Source: Pseudomonas phage 201phi2-1
Sequence record: NC_010821.1
Reading direction: 5' to 3' (one strand)
DNA length: 32,000 nucleotides
Part shown: positions 8,816 through 19,151 of the stretch, one piece after another
Layout: each line of letters begins with the position of its first letter
Position numbering within the stretch: the first letter of the stretch is position 1
Made by a program: the position numbers and the translations under genes
Notes under the pieces: generated by a model
What the model saw: the letters and a program-made list of their open reading frames with translations, nothing else
What the model was told of the DNA's origin: nothing
Database searches by the model: none

Positions 8816-9225
8816 TGAACCTTTTTAAAGATCATACCAGAGTGGTGAGCGACTGCGCGCTTATTTTATTTGAGCGACATGGTTTCTGCTATATTGGGTT
8901 GGTACCACAGCATGCAACTGAAGAGTTCACGCTGGAATCCATTCAGGCATTGCTAATCCGTTTTTATGACGAATTACCATGGGTACCTTTTATTCGAGAC
9001 ACTCATGCGTTCTCAGCGCTTTATAAACTCAATAAGTTCATCGACTGTATATCCAACGAACCTAGCGAGTATTTCAAGTGGTTGAATGACGTCAGTAAAA
9101 TAACCCGTTCTTTCTGTAAAGCGTACGATCGTAACAACCGCGATATGATCGAGTTCTACGATGACATTCGTGAATTCATCAGCGGTGAACCAAAAGCTTA
9201 TTACAAAGGTACTCCCTATGTTTGA
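8815..9225 (+). CDS. hypothetical protein
   Basis: Coupled start at 8815. Confidence 0.78.
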   Translation: MNLFKDHTRVVSDCALILFERHGFCYIGLVPQHATEEFTLESIQALLIRFYDELPWVPFIRDTHAFSALYKLNKFIDCISNEPSEYFKWLNDVSKITRSFCKAYDRNNRDMIEFYDDIREFISGEPKAYYKGTPYV

Positions 9226-9541
9226 AACTCGTGATGACACTCTACCACGTCCAGGTCAGATTCTGGATCACTTTAAACGCAACATCGAACACGAAGCCAA
9301 GTCTAAAGTTCGTGAGGCTTTTAAAGAAGCATGGGGTCCAGTTTGCAAGATCGATTGTCCAACCGAGTTCAAAGTTAATGTCGCATTCGGCCGTATTCTT
9401 CCTCAGGATGTTTTGACTTCGATCAACAATGAACTCATTGATCACGGCTGGAAGAACTTCCAGTTTGAGATCGCCGCTGACCAACACGTACTGTTGGTTA
9501 AACTGGTTGAGGACGAGGCCGCTAAGTATGCTCGGCCATGA
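9218..9541 (+). CDS. possible divergent paralog family A member
   Basis: Start MFETRDD with AAAGG upstream; contains TSINNELIDHGWKNFQFEIAADQHVLLVKL, the same helix-GW-strand pattern. Confidence 0.72.
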   Translation: MFETRDDTLPRPGQILDHFKRNIEHEAKSKVREAFKEAWGPVCKIDCPTEFKVNVAFGRILPQDVLTSINNELIDHGWKNFQFEIAADQHVLLVKLVEDEAAKYARP

Positions 9542-9551
9542 CATCCCATGG

Positions 9552-9785
9552 ATGAAACTGGTTCAGGCATTGCGCATTACGCTGGCGGGTGGTTGCAGTA
9601 CTCCGACTACCCGTGCACGTTACACCGCTCGATTCCGTATTCAGATGCCTCGGATCTTAACTGAAGAAGAACTCACTTTTCTGGAAACCAAGTTGAGTTT
9701 GTTACCCTGTCAGTGTGATACTGAAATCGTATCCAATGGTCGGGTCATGAACCTACTGGTCTATCGTGAATATCAAGGAGGCTAA
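9552..9785 (+). CDS. hypothetical protein (start uncertain; 9528, 9552 or 9645)
   Basis: Only the 3' part of track ORF 9429..9785 is outside another gene; the C-terminal part LTEEELTFLETKLSLLPCQCDTEIVSNGRVMNLLVYREYQGG looks protein-like. Confidence 0.45.
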   Translation: MKLVQALRITLAGGCSTPTTRARYTARFRIQMPRILTEEELTFLETKLSLLPCQCDTEIVSNGRVMNLLVYREYQGG

Positions 9786-9941
9786 ATGGCCAAGCGTCTC
9801 ACCAAGGGTAAGCGTAAATACCTCCTGTCTATAATGGCTGAAGTGGCTTGGCGCACTGAGCGAGATCGTCGGGCAGAACAACAGGCTCGTGCACTCATGT
9901 TTGACTATCGTGGTCGTACTCCACACCAAGTAATCTGGTAA
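9786..9941 (+). CDS. 51 aa basic microprotein, copy 1
   Basis: MAKRLTKGKRKYLLSIMAEVAWRTERDRRAEQQARALMFDYRGRTPHQVIW*; SD AAGGAGG. Confidence 0.75.
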   Translation: MAKRLTKGKRKYLLSIMAEVAWRTERDRRAEQQARALMFDYRGRTPHQVIW

Positions 9942-9959
9942 ATCTTTAAGGAGGGTAAC

Positions 9960-10121
9960 ATGGCTAAGAAATTGACTAAGGGTAAACGTAAGCGGCTGAT
10001 GACGCTGGTTACGGAGTGGGCACTTTGTCGGCTTATCGCTAAAAAGCATGTGCAAGATGCACAGCGTCAGGCGATTACCAACGAGCGTCAACGTCGTGCC
10101 TACATGGCGCAATACTGTTAA
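9960..10121 (+). CDS. 53 aa basic microprotein, copy 2
   Basis: MAKKLTKGKRKRLMTLVTEWALCRLIAKKHVQDAQRQAITNERQRRAYMAQYC*; SD AAGGAGGG; same N-terminal block as copy 1. Confidence 0.75.
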   Translation: MAKKLTKGKRKRLMTLVTEWALCRLIAKKHVQDAQRQAITNERQRRAYMAQYC

Positions 10122-10131
10122 GGAGTAAGAA

Positions 10132-10404
10132 ATGCTTCCGTCCGTAAATGATGTACTTAAGGCTAACGGTAACCCAATCGTAACAGGTGCGATCTATCGT
10201 ATCAGTAATGCATTGGTCGGTATCGTCATTCCAGATGACGACATCCCATCGTTTTCACTGATTGTCGAACTCGGGGCTGAACGACCACTTAGTTATGGTG
10301 AGCGCGTACGCATCAAGGTAGCCCTCAACGAGAAAGGTTGGGATGCTACCTTCAAGTTGGATACACTGCAAAATGAAGTAGCAGTCGTATTCATCAAGCA
10401 GTAA
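10132..10404 (+). CDS. paralog family A member 3
   Basis: SYGERVRIKVALNEKGWDATFKLDTLQNEVAVVFI; SD AAGGAG. Confidence 0.82.
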   Translation: MLPSVNDVLKANGNPIVTGAIYRISNALVGIVIPDDDIPSFSLIVELGAERPLSYGERVRIKVALNEKGWDATFKLDTLQNEVAVVFIKQ

Positions 10405-10413
10405 CGACATAAA

Positions 10414-10456
10414 GCCAGCTCCTTCGGGAGCTGGCATATGCTGTTATTTTTTTTTT
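10414..10456 (+). terminator. intrinsic terminator ending early island 1
   Basis: GCCAGCTCC-TTCG-GGAGCTGGC 9-bp stem with UUCG loop, followed by a long T tract (10446-10456). Confidence 0.9.
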
Positions 10457-10458
10457 CG

Positions 10459-12120
10459 TTATGGACCACTACGTACGAAGATTGGAACGCCAGTCATTGC
10501 TAACTGGAGATCGGTATCGTACATTTCTTTGATCCACTGGATGCTCAACAACTCACCCATGTTCAAGTCGTTGTTAACAGTCAATACTTGATTCCATTGC
10601 TGTACACTGAACTTGTAATCACCATGCAGGAAGTGCAAGATGAAGTGAGTAGGTTCCGGTGGGAATTCCTCAAGCTCTGTATTCACCAAAGGTTCGGCAT
10701 TGTAGTACATTTGCTGCAACCAAGCAGTCAAGCTGTTAGCACCGTTCTGCAAACGAAGGTTCCATGTGTTAGTTGCGACGTATTCAAGATCCGCTTTCAG
10801 ACCACGACCATACGATGCGTCTACATCTGGACGTGGGTACACTGCCCAGTTAGCCTGATCAGGTCCAGCATTCAACAGAGCGATCTGGAATGTCGATACG
10901 TAACGGAATGGAGCAAAGCGTCCATCGACTTCATTAAGGTTCACCGCGTAGGTCAAGGTTTGAACTTCACCATAAGCACGCGGACGATAAGGAGCCGAGT
11001 TGACACCCAGTTCTACATATGGAGTGACGTTATAGAAACGTGCACGATCCAAGTTGTAAAGCCAGAACTCCAAGCGGTAACCAATAGCGGCGTTGACCCA
11101 TGTAGGGTAAACAAACAGTCTGCAACTATAAGCACCATCCGCAGCTACTGTACGAGCGATGTAGTTCTCAGTGATAGCACGATCAGCGGAAGGAACCAGT
11201 TGATAACTGATCTCATCATTCGCCAATTGGTAACGAGCTGCCAGAGGGAACTCTTGACCTTCACCTGTAGCAACGTAATTCTCAAGACCCAAGATCGTGA
11301 ATGGTGCAGGACCTACATCGTAACGAGTCTGACGACCACCACGATACTTAACAATACCTTGCATTGGTAACGACTTAACCATGACGTTGAGTGGGAACTC
11401 AATCACCTTAGGATCGGAAGTAGAAATGAAAGGCGAGTCCAGCTTGATACCTTCGACGTAACGTTTAGACTGGTCAGTCTGACGCAATACTTCCGTGTTC
11501 ATAACCAGCAATTGCGCGTAGCTAATCACACCTTCCTTATCGTCATATGCTACCAATGTCACACGTTCGGAGTCTTCAAGGTCTTCAGTTGCAAAGCCAA
11601 CCATTGGGATCTTGATGGTCGATACTTTAGCCCCAGTAATCTCAGCGGATTCCACAGGGATGTATGGCCCAAGGAATGTACCCGACGAATCGTAGAATGC
11701 CGAGATCATCTTACCGGTAGCCTTATTGATGTCACTACCTTTAAAGACCGCGTAAGAACTCACCATCGACCCATAGAAGTGTAGGCGTGCATCAGGAGCC
11801 AGTACGTACGGAGTAACCGAGGTATCGATGAAGCAGCGGTAGGATTCAGAGCTGTAGCCTGGACCCACACCAACCAATACGTTTTCTTCACCATCTGGAT
11901 CTGGATGAGCTGGCCATTCGATCAATTCAAGGGTTGGAACCCACGTACCTTGTTCAACGTCAGTAACTCTCAGTTGACCACGACTATAGTCAATCACCAT
12001 GTCATTAACGTTAACGACGTATTTGTTTGTTTGTCCTGCGACCAGGACGATCTCATCAATATACCAAACCCGAAACCCACGGTTCGGGTTGTAGAAATCT
12101 GAGTTCATGTAATCAGCCAT
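10459..12120 (-). CDS. probable virion structural protein
   Basis: Position and size between terminase and sheath as in phiKZ gp26-28 block; beta-rich sequence. Confidence 0.7.
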   Translation of the reverse strand: MADYMNSDFYNPNRGFRVWYIDEIVLVAGQTNKYVVNVNDMVIDYSRGQLRVTDVEQGTWVPTLELIEWPAHPDPDGEENVLVGVGPGYSSESYRCFIDTSVTPYVLAPDARLHFYGSMVSSYAVFKGSDINKATGKMISAFYDSSGTFLGPYIPVESAEITGAKVSTIKIPMVGFATEDLEDSERVTLVAYDDKEGVISYAQLLVMNTEVLRQTDQSKRYVEGIKLDSPFISTSDPKVIEFPLNVMVKSLPMQGIVKYRGGRQTRYDVGPAPFTILGLENYVATGEGQEFPLAARYQLANDEISYQLVPSADRAITENYIARTVAADGAYSCRLFVYPTWVNAAIGYRLEFWLYNLDRARFYNVTPYVELGVNSAPYRPRAYGEVQTLTYAVNLNEVDGRFAPFRYVSTFQIALLNAGPDQANWAVYPRPDVDASYGRGLKADLEYVATNTWNLRLQNGANSLTAWLQQMYYNAEPLVNTELEEFPPEPTHFILHFLHGDYKFSVQQWNQVLTVNNDLNMGELLSIQWIKEMYDTDLQLAMTGVPIFVRSGP

Positions 12121-12123
12121 CGA

Positions 12124-14775
12124 TTAAGTCCTCGTAATGTAAATGAATGGAGACAGCTCCATCGGTTGACGGAGAAACAGTTTCAATACACGGGTGTAGA
12201 ATGTGTACTGGTCATCAGTCAGTCCGATTGGGGTAGTGTTCCAATGTGGATAAACTCTCACATGGTTGGTATTGTATTCCCGGTTGAGGATATCAAACGG
12301 TTGCAACCACGCGTATCCACTCATGTAAGCTGCGAGTTCTTGATCGGAGTACTGGCCGTTAATGAATGGTGGTGCAAGTGTACCTTTAACCAAATCGTAA
12401 AGCACTTTATTAGAAAGTGCAGAGTAAACAATGTAAGGTCTAGGGATGACGTCTACAAGCTCTCTGTCGCGTTTTGGGAAGTAGTAAGTCATAGCCTCAC
12501 TCGTCCATTGGTCACGCTGATCATCTTCTACACGGGCCTTGTAATCGTCTTTAAAGACGGTTTTCAAAACAACCTGTGGGGTTTGAATCTGATAAGGCGC
12601 TCCATTACGGACATTATCCATTACCCGACCACCAGAGTCTTCCTCGAATACCACGTCATGGTAATCCATGTAACGACCATCCACCACGATCCGTTGTACC
12701 TTGTGGGTGTGGATCTGATAGGTTGAATCGTTAGACAGTACGTTGTATTCTACAAAGCCTAGCTCACCCGGTGGATAGCGTTTGAGGTCTGGTGAACAGA
12801 AACCTGTTCCTCGAACTGTCACGTTTTGGATACCGTCAGTACGACGTGCTTCCAAGTTGTTGATAACGATCATCTCACCGTCGTCCCAGAAATCCAATCC
12901 ATAGATCATAGACTTCTGGTTCATGAACATATCCAGTTCACCGAATGGAATCTCTAAGGTTTTGTTAATCTCGGCACCGTTCTGGTTTTCGATACCCGCA
13001 ATGGCGAATCGGATGAGTCCAGGGTTATCGGAAAAGGTTAGTTCGTTCAGATAGAAATACTCATCTGTACGCAAGTAACCCAAATACTGGTTACCGGGTA
13101 CTACCCAGTTCCAAACAGGTGCTTCAAGATTACTGGTATCTAAGAAACCGTAAGTGTTACGGTCTGGTAGATCCGTGATATCAATCCACTCATTGGATAC
13201 AACACCACCCCACACTTTGCAGACGTAAACTCGGAAGTTGTATTTAGGGTTCAAGGTAACTGGATCATTACCATAAACACCATGCAAGTTAGTAGACCCT
13301 TTACCAGTAATGGCTTCGACGTATTCGCAGTTAGCGTTTACGACATTATAGGTTTCACCACCTTCTTGATAATAGTGTCCTAAGAGATATCCATTCGCAT
13401 CGTATTCAAACAGCGTAACGTTACGCCAGAAATAGAACGATAGATCCACCATCCGAATACCGGTATGTGGGTCAACATACACTTTGGCCGGGTTGTCGTT
13501 CATCAGCTTAGCACATTCATGATAGCCGAATACTTCGCCTGCAAAGTTCTGCGCATCGATCTTAGCCTGAGTAGTTAACTTAGGTTCGTTGTACGTGATC
13601 GGATAGATCTGTTTAGGGGGAGCTGACATAAACTCAATGTAAGCTGCACGTTCAAGGTTCTCAGCGCGCCACAACGGGTTCTCAGCGCCAGTACCTGTCA
13701 TGCACATCAGGATGTTGGTATCACTCAGTTTATAGAGTTCCCAAATACGAGATGCATCAGCTACCAATGGTCGATCATAAGCACCATGACGGATATACAG
13801 TTTAACGTAGGTGTCACCGATACCATTCCAACCTGGGTTCTCGGCTATCAGTTCCTGCACTCGGGTAACAGGCATGCTGTAATCGCGGTGAGTTAACTGA
13901 CGTAACCAGATACCTTGGTTATGGTGGTAAGTAATGCCACTATAGTTACCTGGAGCTGTTCCGTACTTGATCAAGTGGACTGTAATGTCGTCATAGAAAT
14001 CGATAACGTCATCACCCTCACCTGGATAGTGCACAATGTATTTACGTTGTGTATCCAGTGTTGAGTTGAATACTTGCAGGTCGTCTACTTTAAGCTCGAC
14101 TACACGCTTGATAGACGGGTCCAATATGAAGTCGTAATAATCGCCCGGCGCACACGTCACGATAGATATTTCATTAACGGGTTTACCGTTAACAAAGTAC
14201 ATTGGTACGCCACCTTTAGCGGCTACCAGATCCATGATCTGAATTTGAAGTTGTCTGATAGCGGCGGCATTAGCTACCGACCCAGACAATACGTCGATCC
14301 AATGCTTACCTGCGTCGACACTACGTGGGGAGTTAAAGTAACCGTTGTGATAGAAGTGGATATAAAGCTGGTTGTCGTCCAAAGCTGGGAAACGGTCATT
14401 CAGTTTAACCGCAACCAACAGGTTGGATTTACTGGTAACCATCACGTAAGTTTCAGACATGCTATATCGAATACCGTTGGTTTGGTATACTTCGATTAAC
14501 GTCAGATCCTGCGTTGCAAGATCAGCCAACTTGATCCATGTATCTCGTTTACCGGGATAGCCAACATTGGCTGGGATCACTTGACCGATCTGGTAGATAT
14601 GATAGTAGTCTCGATTGTTATTCGTCGGTAAGAAGTACCGAGTATAATCCACAACGTAGTTACCCCGAACACCGTAGCGCGGGGTAACTTGTTTGAGTTC
14701 ATACGAGAACTGACGATCTACAGCAGGGTTTTGCCAGACGTTATCAATTGCGTAGCGCAAGAGATAGTTATCCAT
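12124..14775 (-). CDS. probable virion structural protein (883 aa)
   Basis: Synteny with phiKZ gp26-28 block; large aromatic/beta-rich protein. Confidence 0.7.
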   Translation of the reverse strand: MDNYLLRYAIDNVWQNPAVDRQFSYELKQVTPRYGVRGNYVVDYTRYFLPTNNNRDYYHIYQIGQVIPANVGYPGKRDTWIKLADLATQDLTLIEVYQTNGIRYSMSETYVMVTSKSNLLVAVKLNDRFPALDDNQLYIHFYHNGYFNSPRSVDAGKHWIDVLSGSVANAAAIRQLQIQIMDLVAAKGGVPMYFVNGKPVNEISIVTCAPGDYYDFILDPSIKRVVELKVDDLQVFNSTLDTQRKYIVHYPGEGDDVIDFYDDITVHLIKYGTAPGNYSGITYHHNQGIWLRQLTHRDYSMPVTRVQELIAENPGWNGIGDTYVKLYIRHGAYDRPLVADASRIWELYKLSDTNILMCMTGTGAENPLWRAENLERAAYIEFMSAPPKQIYPITYNEPKLTTQAKIDAQNFAGEVFGYHECAKLMNDNPAKVYVDPHTGIRMVDLSFYFWRNVTLFEYDANGYLLGHYYQEGGETYNVVNANCEYVEAITGKGSTNLHGVYGNDPVTLNPKYNFRVYVCKVWGGVVSNEWIDITDLPDRNTYGFLDTSNLEAPVWNWVVPGNQYLGYLRTDEYFYLNELTFSDNPGLIRFAIAGIENQNGAEINKTLEIPFGELDMFMNQKSMIYGLDFWDDGEMIVINNLEARRTDGIQNVTVRGTGFCSPDLKRYPPGELGFVEYNVLSNDSTYQIHTHKVQRIVVDGRYMDYHDVVFEEDSGGRVMDNVRNGAPYQIQTPQVVLKTVFKDDYKARVEDDQRDQWTSEAMTYYFPKRDRELVDVIPRPYIVYSALSNKVLYDLVKGTLAPPFINGQYSDQELAAYMSGYAWLQPFDILNREYNTNHVRVYPHWNTTPIGLTDDQYTFYTRVLKLFLRQPMELSPFIYITRT

Positions 14776-14787
14776 TTAGCGGTACCC

Positions 14788-15723
14788 TTAATCAAAGTTG
14801 AGATATTGTTGCGATACTAAGCCGAAGGTCATGTCTAGGAAAGACTTGAGTTCATGTGGTCGGGCTACTTGTTCAGCTCGTTGCATGATTACAGTCTTAC
14901 GATAGCTACGATCACCAACCGCTGTGTATAGCATGGCGATGTAAGTGGGTAGGTGTTCCAAAGCAACACCGACGTTTTCACGTTGGTTATAGAAGCTATT
15001 GGATAACAGCAAATAGAGATCTTTAAACTTCAATTCACCTGTGCGTTCTTGACGAGACTTAGTGGACATTGCATAGATCAGATCGTCGATGTTATTCAAC
15101 TCACCTACTTCAACGATCACATCGGTAGCGAAGTCAGGTGGTACACCTGTAATGCGCGATACCACGGGTACGAACTGTGTACGTACTTCAGGGTTAGCTT
15201 CACCCAATTCAGGCATCAGCATGGCGTAGTAATAGAATGCAGAGATCACATACAAAGCTTGTTGTGCTTCTGGTGTTAGTTGGTAACGTGTGATCAATGG
15301 ACCACTTACCCAGCGATTGAATACTTTAGCTGGAAGGTCGCCCAGTCGACTGAATGCTGTTTCATCGCCTACCAATGTAGTGATGTTAAGCGACATTCGA
15401 ATACACTCAAAACTCCAATCGTTGTTTGCAACCAAACGATATGTGCCAGACCGTGGTTCGTACTTAAAGTAACGTCGTCCATCGATCAACAATTTAGGTT
15501 TACCGGGTTGTCCCAGATCAATGTACTGAGTGAACATCGGGATGTCTTCATGCTCTGGTGATGGAGTCACAAAGTAACAATCCTTAATGGTTATTCCATT
15601 AGGAGTTTTGACGGGTTGGAACGGGAGACTAAGTTCTGCCTTAGTGGCTTCCCGACGAATTTTATCCAGGAATGCCTGGGTATAGGTACTACAGATTTTC
15701 GTTTGATACGGTAGTAAGATCAT
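14788..15723 (-). CDS. probable virion structural protein (311 aa)
   Basis: Same minus-strand operon; SD AAGGAGAG upstream. Confidence 0.68.
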   Translation of the reverse strand: MILLPYQTKICSTYTQAFLDKIRREATKAELSLPFQPVKTPNGITIKDCYFVTPSPEHEDIPMFTQYIDLGQPGKPKLLIDGRRYFKYEPRSGTYRLVANNDWSFECIRMSLNITTLVGDETAFSRLGDLPAKVFNRWVSGPLITRYQLTPEAQQALYVISAFYYYAMLMPELGEANPEVRTQFVPVVSRITGVPPDFATDVIVEVGELNNIDDLIYAMSTKSRQERTGELKFKDLYLLLSNSFYNQRENVGVALEHLPTYIAMLYTAVGDRSYRKTVIMQRAEQVARPHELKSFLDMTFGLVSQQYLNFD

Positions 15724-15852
15724 TACCGTCTCTCCTTATTTAGGTAGTAAAATTAAACTAGTGTGCTCAATCTGTTTAATTAATATGATTGACTGTTAGT
15801 AAACACTCATAACATCGAGTTTAAAAGCTCCATACTTGGGAGAACCAAAAAG

Positions 15853-17955
15853 ATGGCAACTTTCACTAACGCAACACCACGGGTTGTTTTCAGTGGTATT
15901 CGCGACCGCAGCCGTCGGGCTCTTATTCGTCCTGACGAAAGCTATGCCCAACATACACCTTTGCTTCGTCTCTTCACCGAGACTGGTCCAGAAACCACCA
16001 CTTACGTTGGTGATACCGATGACGGCTTTGCCGGTATCTATGGTCAGCTCTCGCTCGATCCACGCAGCAAGTTCTTTAACCAACAATCTCTGCTTGCTCT
16101 GAACCTGTTGGGTCAGGGTAACGGTTTTTATGTAAAACGCCTGAAGCCTGAAGATGCTGGTAACGCAGCTCGTATCATCGTCGCTATCGACATGGTCCGT
16201 GATATGGTTCCACAGCAAATCACTCGTCTGAGTGGTTTTAACTTCCCAACCACTACTACTCTTGCTTCTAGCTCTGACGTAGTAACTCTGGCCGACCAGT
16301 TGGTTGAGGGTTTCCGTGCTCGCATTACTCTGATCCAAGACAACACTTCTGAGGTTGGTACTCAGCGTGTGCTGCCTGGTAATATGACTTCTTCGATCGA
16401 CGGTACTCAGTCGACCATGTATCCGCTGTTTGAACTGCCAACCAGTTTCTTCGGCGCATTGGGCGATAATCTGGGTGCACGTGTATGGTCCCCTACCGCA
16501 GCCGACCTTGAGGGTTATGACGAAGCCACCACCGATAAGTTCGATACTCGTCTGTTTAACTTCCAGTTCGTAGAACTGATGGAAGGTTCTAACACTCCAA
16601 CAGTCATCAAGACTGCTCTGGGTGAAGACTACATGCAAGTGTCGTTTGATCAAGGTGTTTGGTCCGAGTCCACCGACCGTGACCTATACGCTGGCGACGT
16701 GTTGATCCAGGCTTATGAAGATGACGGTATCAGCTCGGGTCAGACCCCTCTGTATTCCCCATTCAGTCAGATCTACATCTATAGTGATGAGATCAGCCGT
16801 GTTCAACAACTGATCTTCGATTCGGAGTCTCTGGCTAATCCAGCTTTCGTTAACCAGATCAAAGGTCCAGGTCAAATCGACTTTCTGACTATGTTGAATC
16901 TGGATGGCGATCCGTACATGACCATCCAACTTGAAGGTGCTTTGGAAGGTGGTGTATTGCTTGGTAAGAATGCCACTGTATTTGCATCGGGTGGTGATGA
17001 TGGTACTACCGACTTCGACGAATACGTTAAACTCGTAGACATTCAGAACACCAACTTCGGTCAACTGGATGATCAGTACGAAGACGTTGCACGGTATCAG
17101 TTTGGTTTCCTGTATGACACCGGTCTTCCGATGGCATCGAAATACAAAATGATGCAAACCTTGGCTAAGCGTCAAGACCTGATCTGTATGTTCACGACCT
17201 ACATCGAGACCGATACTCGTCCTCTCACCACTGGTGATGAAGTGTCGCGCACTATCGCTCTGATGACTCGTCTGAAAGCGTTCCCTGAGTCTACCCTCTA
17301 TGGTACTCCAGTTGCTCGTGCACAGATCGTCCTGCAATCCGGTAAGCTGATGGCTGGTGGTTACTCTAAGCGTGTTCCACAACTGTTGGACACCGCTATG
17401 AAGTGGGCTATCTACGCTGGTGCTGGTAACGGTATTCTGCGTCCTGGCTTTGAAATGGATGTTAGTCCGAACAACCAAGTGACATTCGTTAAAGGCTTGA
17501 ACGTTCCGTTCTTCAACGCTCGTACTGCTAGCAACATCTGGCAGAACGGTGGTACGTATTCGTCTACCTACGATAAGCGTCGTCAGTACTATCCTTGCCA
17601 ACGTTCGGTTTATCTGGACGACACCTCGGTACTGCTGTCTCCGCTGACCGTGAACATCTGCTGTGTGATCATGCGTCTGATCCATCGGGTACACGCTAAG
17701 TTCGCCGGTAACGCTACGCTCAGTAAAGAACAGTTGGTAGCTCGTTGCGACCAAGAGATCCTGGATCAAACCCGTGACCTGTTCGGTGCTCGCGTTGATA
17801 TTACTCCACAAACGGAGATCACTGCTGCGGATGACCAGAACGGCTTTAGCTGGACCTGTACTGTGACTGTTGCGGCTAACAACCCACGCACTGTAATGGA
17901 CTTCAAGCTTGAAACTGTGCGTCGTGAGACTGTCACCGCTGGAACGGTTCAATAA
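15853..17955 (+). CDS. contractile tail sheath protein (phiKZ gp29-like)
   Basis: 700 aa; C-terminal [26 protein letters not shown]...[17 protein letters not shown]...[11 protein letters not shown] typical of sheath C-terminal domain; followed by tube-like gene. Confidence 0.82.
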   Translation: MATFTNATPRVVFSGIRDRSRRALIRPDESYAQHTPLLRLFTETGPETTTYVGDTDDGFAGIYGQLSLDPRSKFFNQQSLLALNLLGQGNGFYVKRLKPEDAGNAARIIVAIDMVRDMVPQQITRLSGFNFPTTTTLASSSDVVTLADQLVEGFRARITLIQDNTSEVGTQRVLPGNMTSSIDGTQSTMYPLFELPTSFFGALGDNLGARVWSPTAADLEGYDEATTDKFDTRLFNFQFVELMEGSNTPTVIKTALGEDYMQVSFDQGVWSESTDRDLYAGDVLIQAYEDDGISSGQTPLYSPFSQIYIYSDEISRVQQLIFDSESLANPAFVNQIKGPGQIDFLTMLNLDGDPYMTIQLEGALEGGVLLGKNATVFASGGDDGTTDFDEYVKLVDIQNTNFGQLDDQYEDVARYQFGFLYDTGLPMASKYKMMQTLAKRQDLICMFTTYIETDTRPLTTGDEVSRTIALMTRLKAFPESTLYGTPVARAQIVLQSGKLMAGGYSKRVPQLLDTAMKWAIYAGAGNGILRPGFEMDVSPNNQVTFVKGLNVPFFNARTASNIWQNGGTYSSTYDKRRQYYPCQRSVYLDDTSVLLSPLTVNICCVIMRLIHRVHAKFAGNATLSKEQLVARCDQEILDQTRDLFGARVDITPQTEITAADDQNGFSWTCTVTVAANNPRTVMDFKLETVRRETVTAGTVQ

Positions 17956-17991
17956 CCGTTCCTTCACGGATAATCCACTAGAGGAATAAAT

Positions 17992-18867
17992 ATGAAACGC
18001 TATAATGATCCAATGGCTCCCGTAACAGGCTATGGTGCTGGTGGTGCGAAGAACACCATCAACCTGGCTCAAGCAGGTACTGACGTATTCCGTCCAGACC
18101 TGGCTAACTTGGCCAGTAACACTCCTTACGTGAGTCGTAACGTTGTACCTTTCCTGCTGGAGGCTCCACGGTTCTTCCAGTATGCGAAAGATCCTAACCA
18201 ACTGGTCCGCTCCCTGAAGGCCTTGGTTGAGAACCATGTTCGTACTATTGATGGTCTGCAACAAACTGTTCAGGTTGATACCGCTGACGCTCCTTGGGGT
18301 GGTTCGGGTGAAGCCATTCAGGTTGGTACCAACGTAACTCGTGCTCGGTCTAACCCTTCGCTGGGTTGCTGGGAACTGCAAGGTCGTGCCATTCAGCGTT
18401 TCCTGCGCTGGTGGATCACTTACGGTATTGCTGACGAGAATACCAAGGTTCCACGTATTGTTGCTGAAGGTAACGTACCGGTTGAGAAATACGATGCTAC
18501 CTTCTACGGTGCAACTATTCTCTTCGTTGAACCAGATCCGACTTTCCAAGACGTGGTAAGTGCATACCTGTGCACTAACATGTTCCCTCTGTCGACTGGT
18601 CCTTGGGAATCCCGTAAGGATGCTGCTCAGATTGGTCAGAACCTCGATCTCTCGATTGAGTTCGCTGCCATGACTGACGTATCGGAAGGTGTAATCGCTT
18701 ACGCTCGTGAGCTGTTCCAACGTCTTAACATCCGTGGTATGAACCCGAACTCGCAGCGTACTTGGACTGAAGGTATCTCTGCTGACGTACAGCGTGCTAC
18801 TAACGGCCTGCGTCAACAACTTGAGACTTCGGCCTCTAACCGTGTAACTTACAACGGGGTTGACTGA
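17992..18867 (+). CDS. probable tail tube protein (phiKZ gp30-like)
   Basis: 291 aa immediately downstream of sheath; SD GAGGAA. Confidence 0.65.
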   Translation: MKRYNDPMAPVTGYGAGGAKNTINLAQAGTDVFRPDLANLASNTPYVSRNVVPFLLEAPRFFQYAKDPNQLVRSLKALVENHVRTIDGLQQTVQVDTADAPWGGSGEAIQVGTNVTRARSNPSLGCWELQGRAIQRFLRWWITYGIADENTKVPRIVAEGNVPVEKYDATFYGATILFVEPDPTFQDVVSAYLCTNMFPLSTGPWESRKDAAQIGQNLDLSIEFAAMTDVSEGVIAYARELFQRLNIRGMNPNSQRTWTEGISADVQRATNGLRQQLETSASNRVTYNGVD

Positions 18868-19109
18868 TGGCTAATACGTATCCGCTGAAGCCCCTTGCTG
18901 CTACACAGTACAAAGGTACATCGCCTTCGGCGGTTACGGATGAAGCAGCCAAATACAAAGACATGCTTGGTTTCCAAGCAGCGTCTGTGGACGTTGGCTT
19001 GTTCTATCAGTTAAACCAAGCTGCCACTGGCGTATCGGAAGTTGAGACGGCTAATGGTTCTACCGTTAATGGTCAGACTCCGATCGAAGCTAACGCAATG
19101 TACGCTTAA
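18867..19109 (+). CDS. small probable virion-associated protein
   Basis: TGATG coupling to the tube-like gene. Confidence 0.7.
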   Translation: MANTYPLKPLAATQYKGTSPSAVTDEAAKYKDMLGFQAASVDVGLFYQLNQAATGVSEVETANGSTVNGQTPIEANAMYA

Positions 19110-19121
19110 GACAACATAAGA

Positions 19122-19146
19122 CCCCGACCGTAAGGCCGGGGCTTTA
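19122..19146 (+). terminator. hairpin terminator between convergent genes
   Basis: CCCCGACC-GTAA-GGCCGGGG then CTTTAT; fully paired (one G-U) only when transcribed from the minus strand. Confidence 0.75.
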
Positions 19147-19151
19147 TGCCG

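Noticed and set aside
9429-9545. N-terminal part of the 118 aa track ORF 9429..9785
   Set aside because: This segment overlaps the SD-linked 9218..9541 gene in another frame; only the distal part is likely coding.
10588-11370. 260 aa plus-strand ORF opposite the 553 aa minus-strand virion-type gene
   Set aside because: Fully antisense to a longer, better supported ORF, Cys/Ser/Thr rich without domain motifs.
14074-15561. Plus-strand ORFs inside the minus-strand structural operon
   Set aside because: Antisense overlaps with long structural ORFs; no RBS-linked organisation.
15796-16653. 285 aa minus-strand ORF opposite the sheath gene start
   Set aside because: Antisense shadow ORF of the sheath gene; low-complexity-like composition and no sensible start context.
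16684-18819. 711 aa minus-strand ORF antisense to tail sheath and tube genes
   Set aside because: It runs across two well-supported plus-strand genes and their intergenic RBS, has no recognisable domain, and looks like a shadow ORF caused by codon bias.
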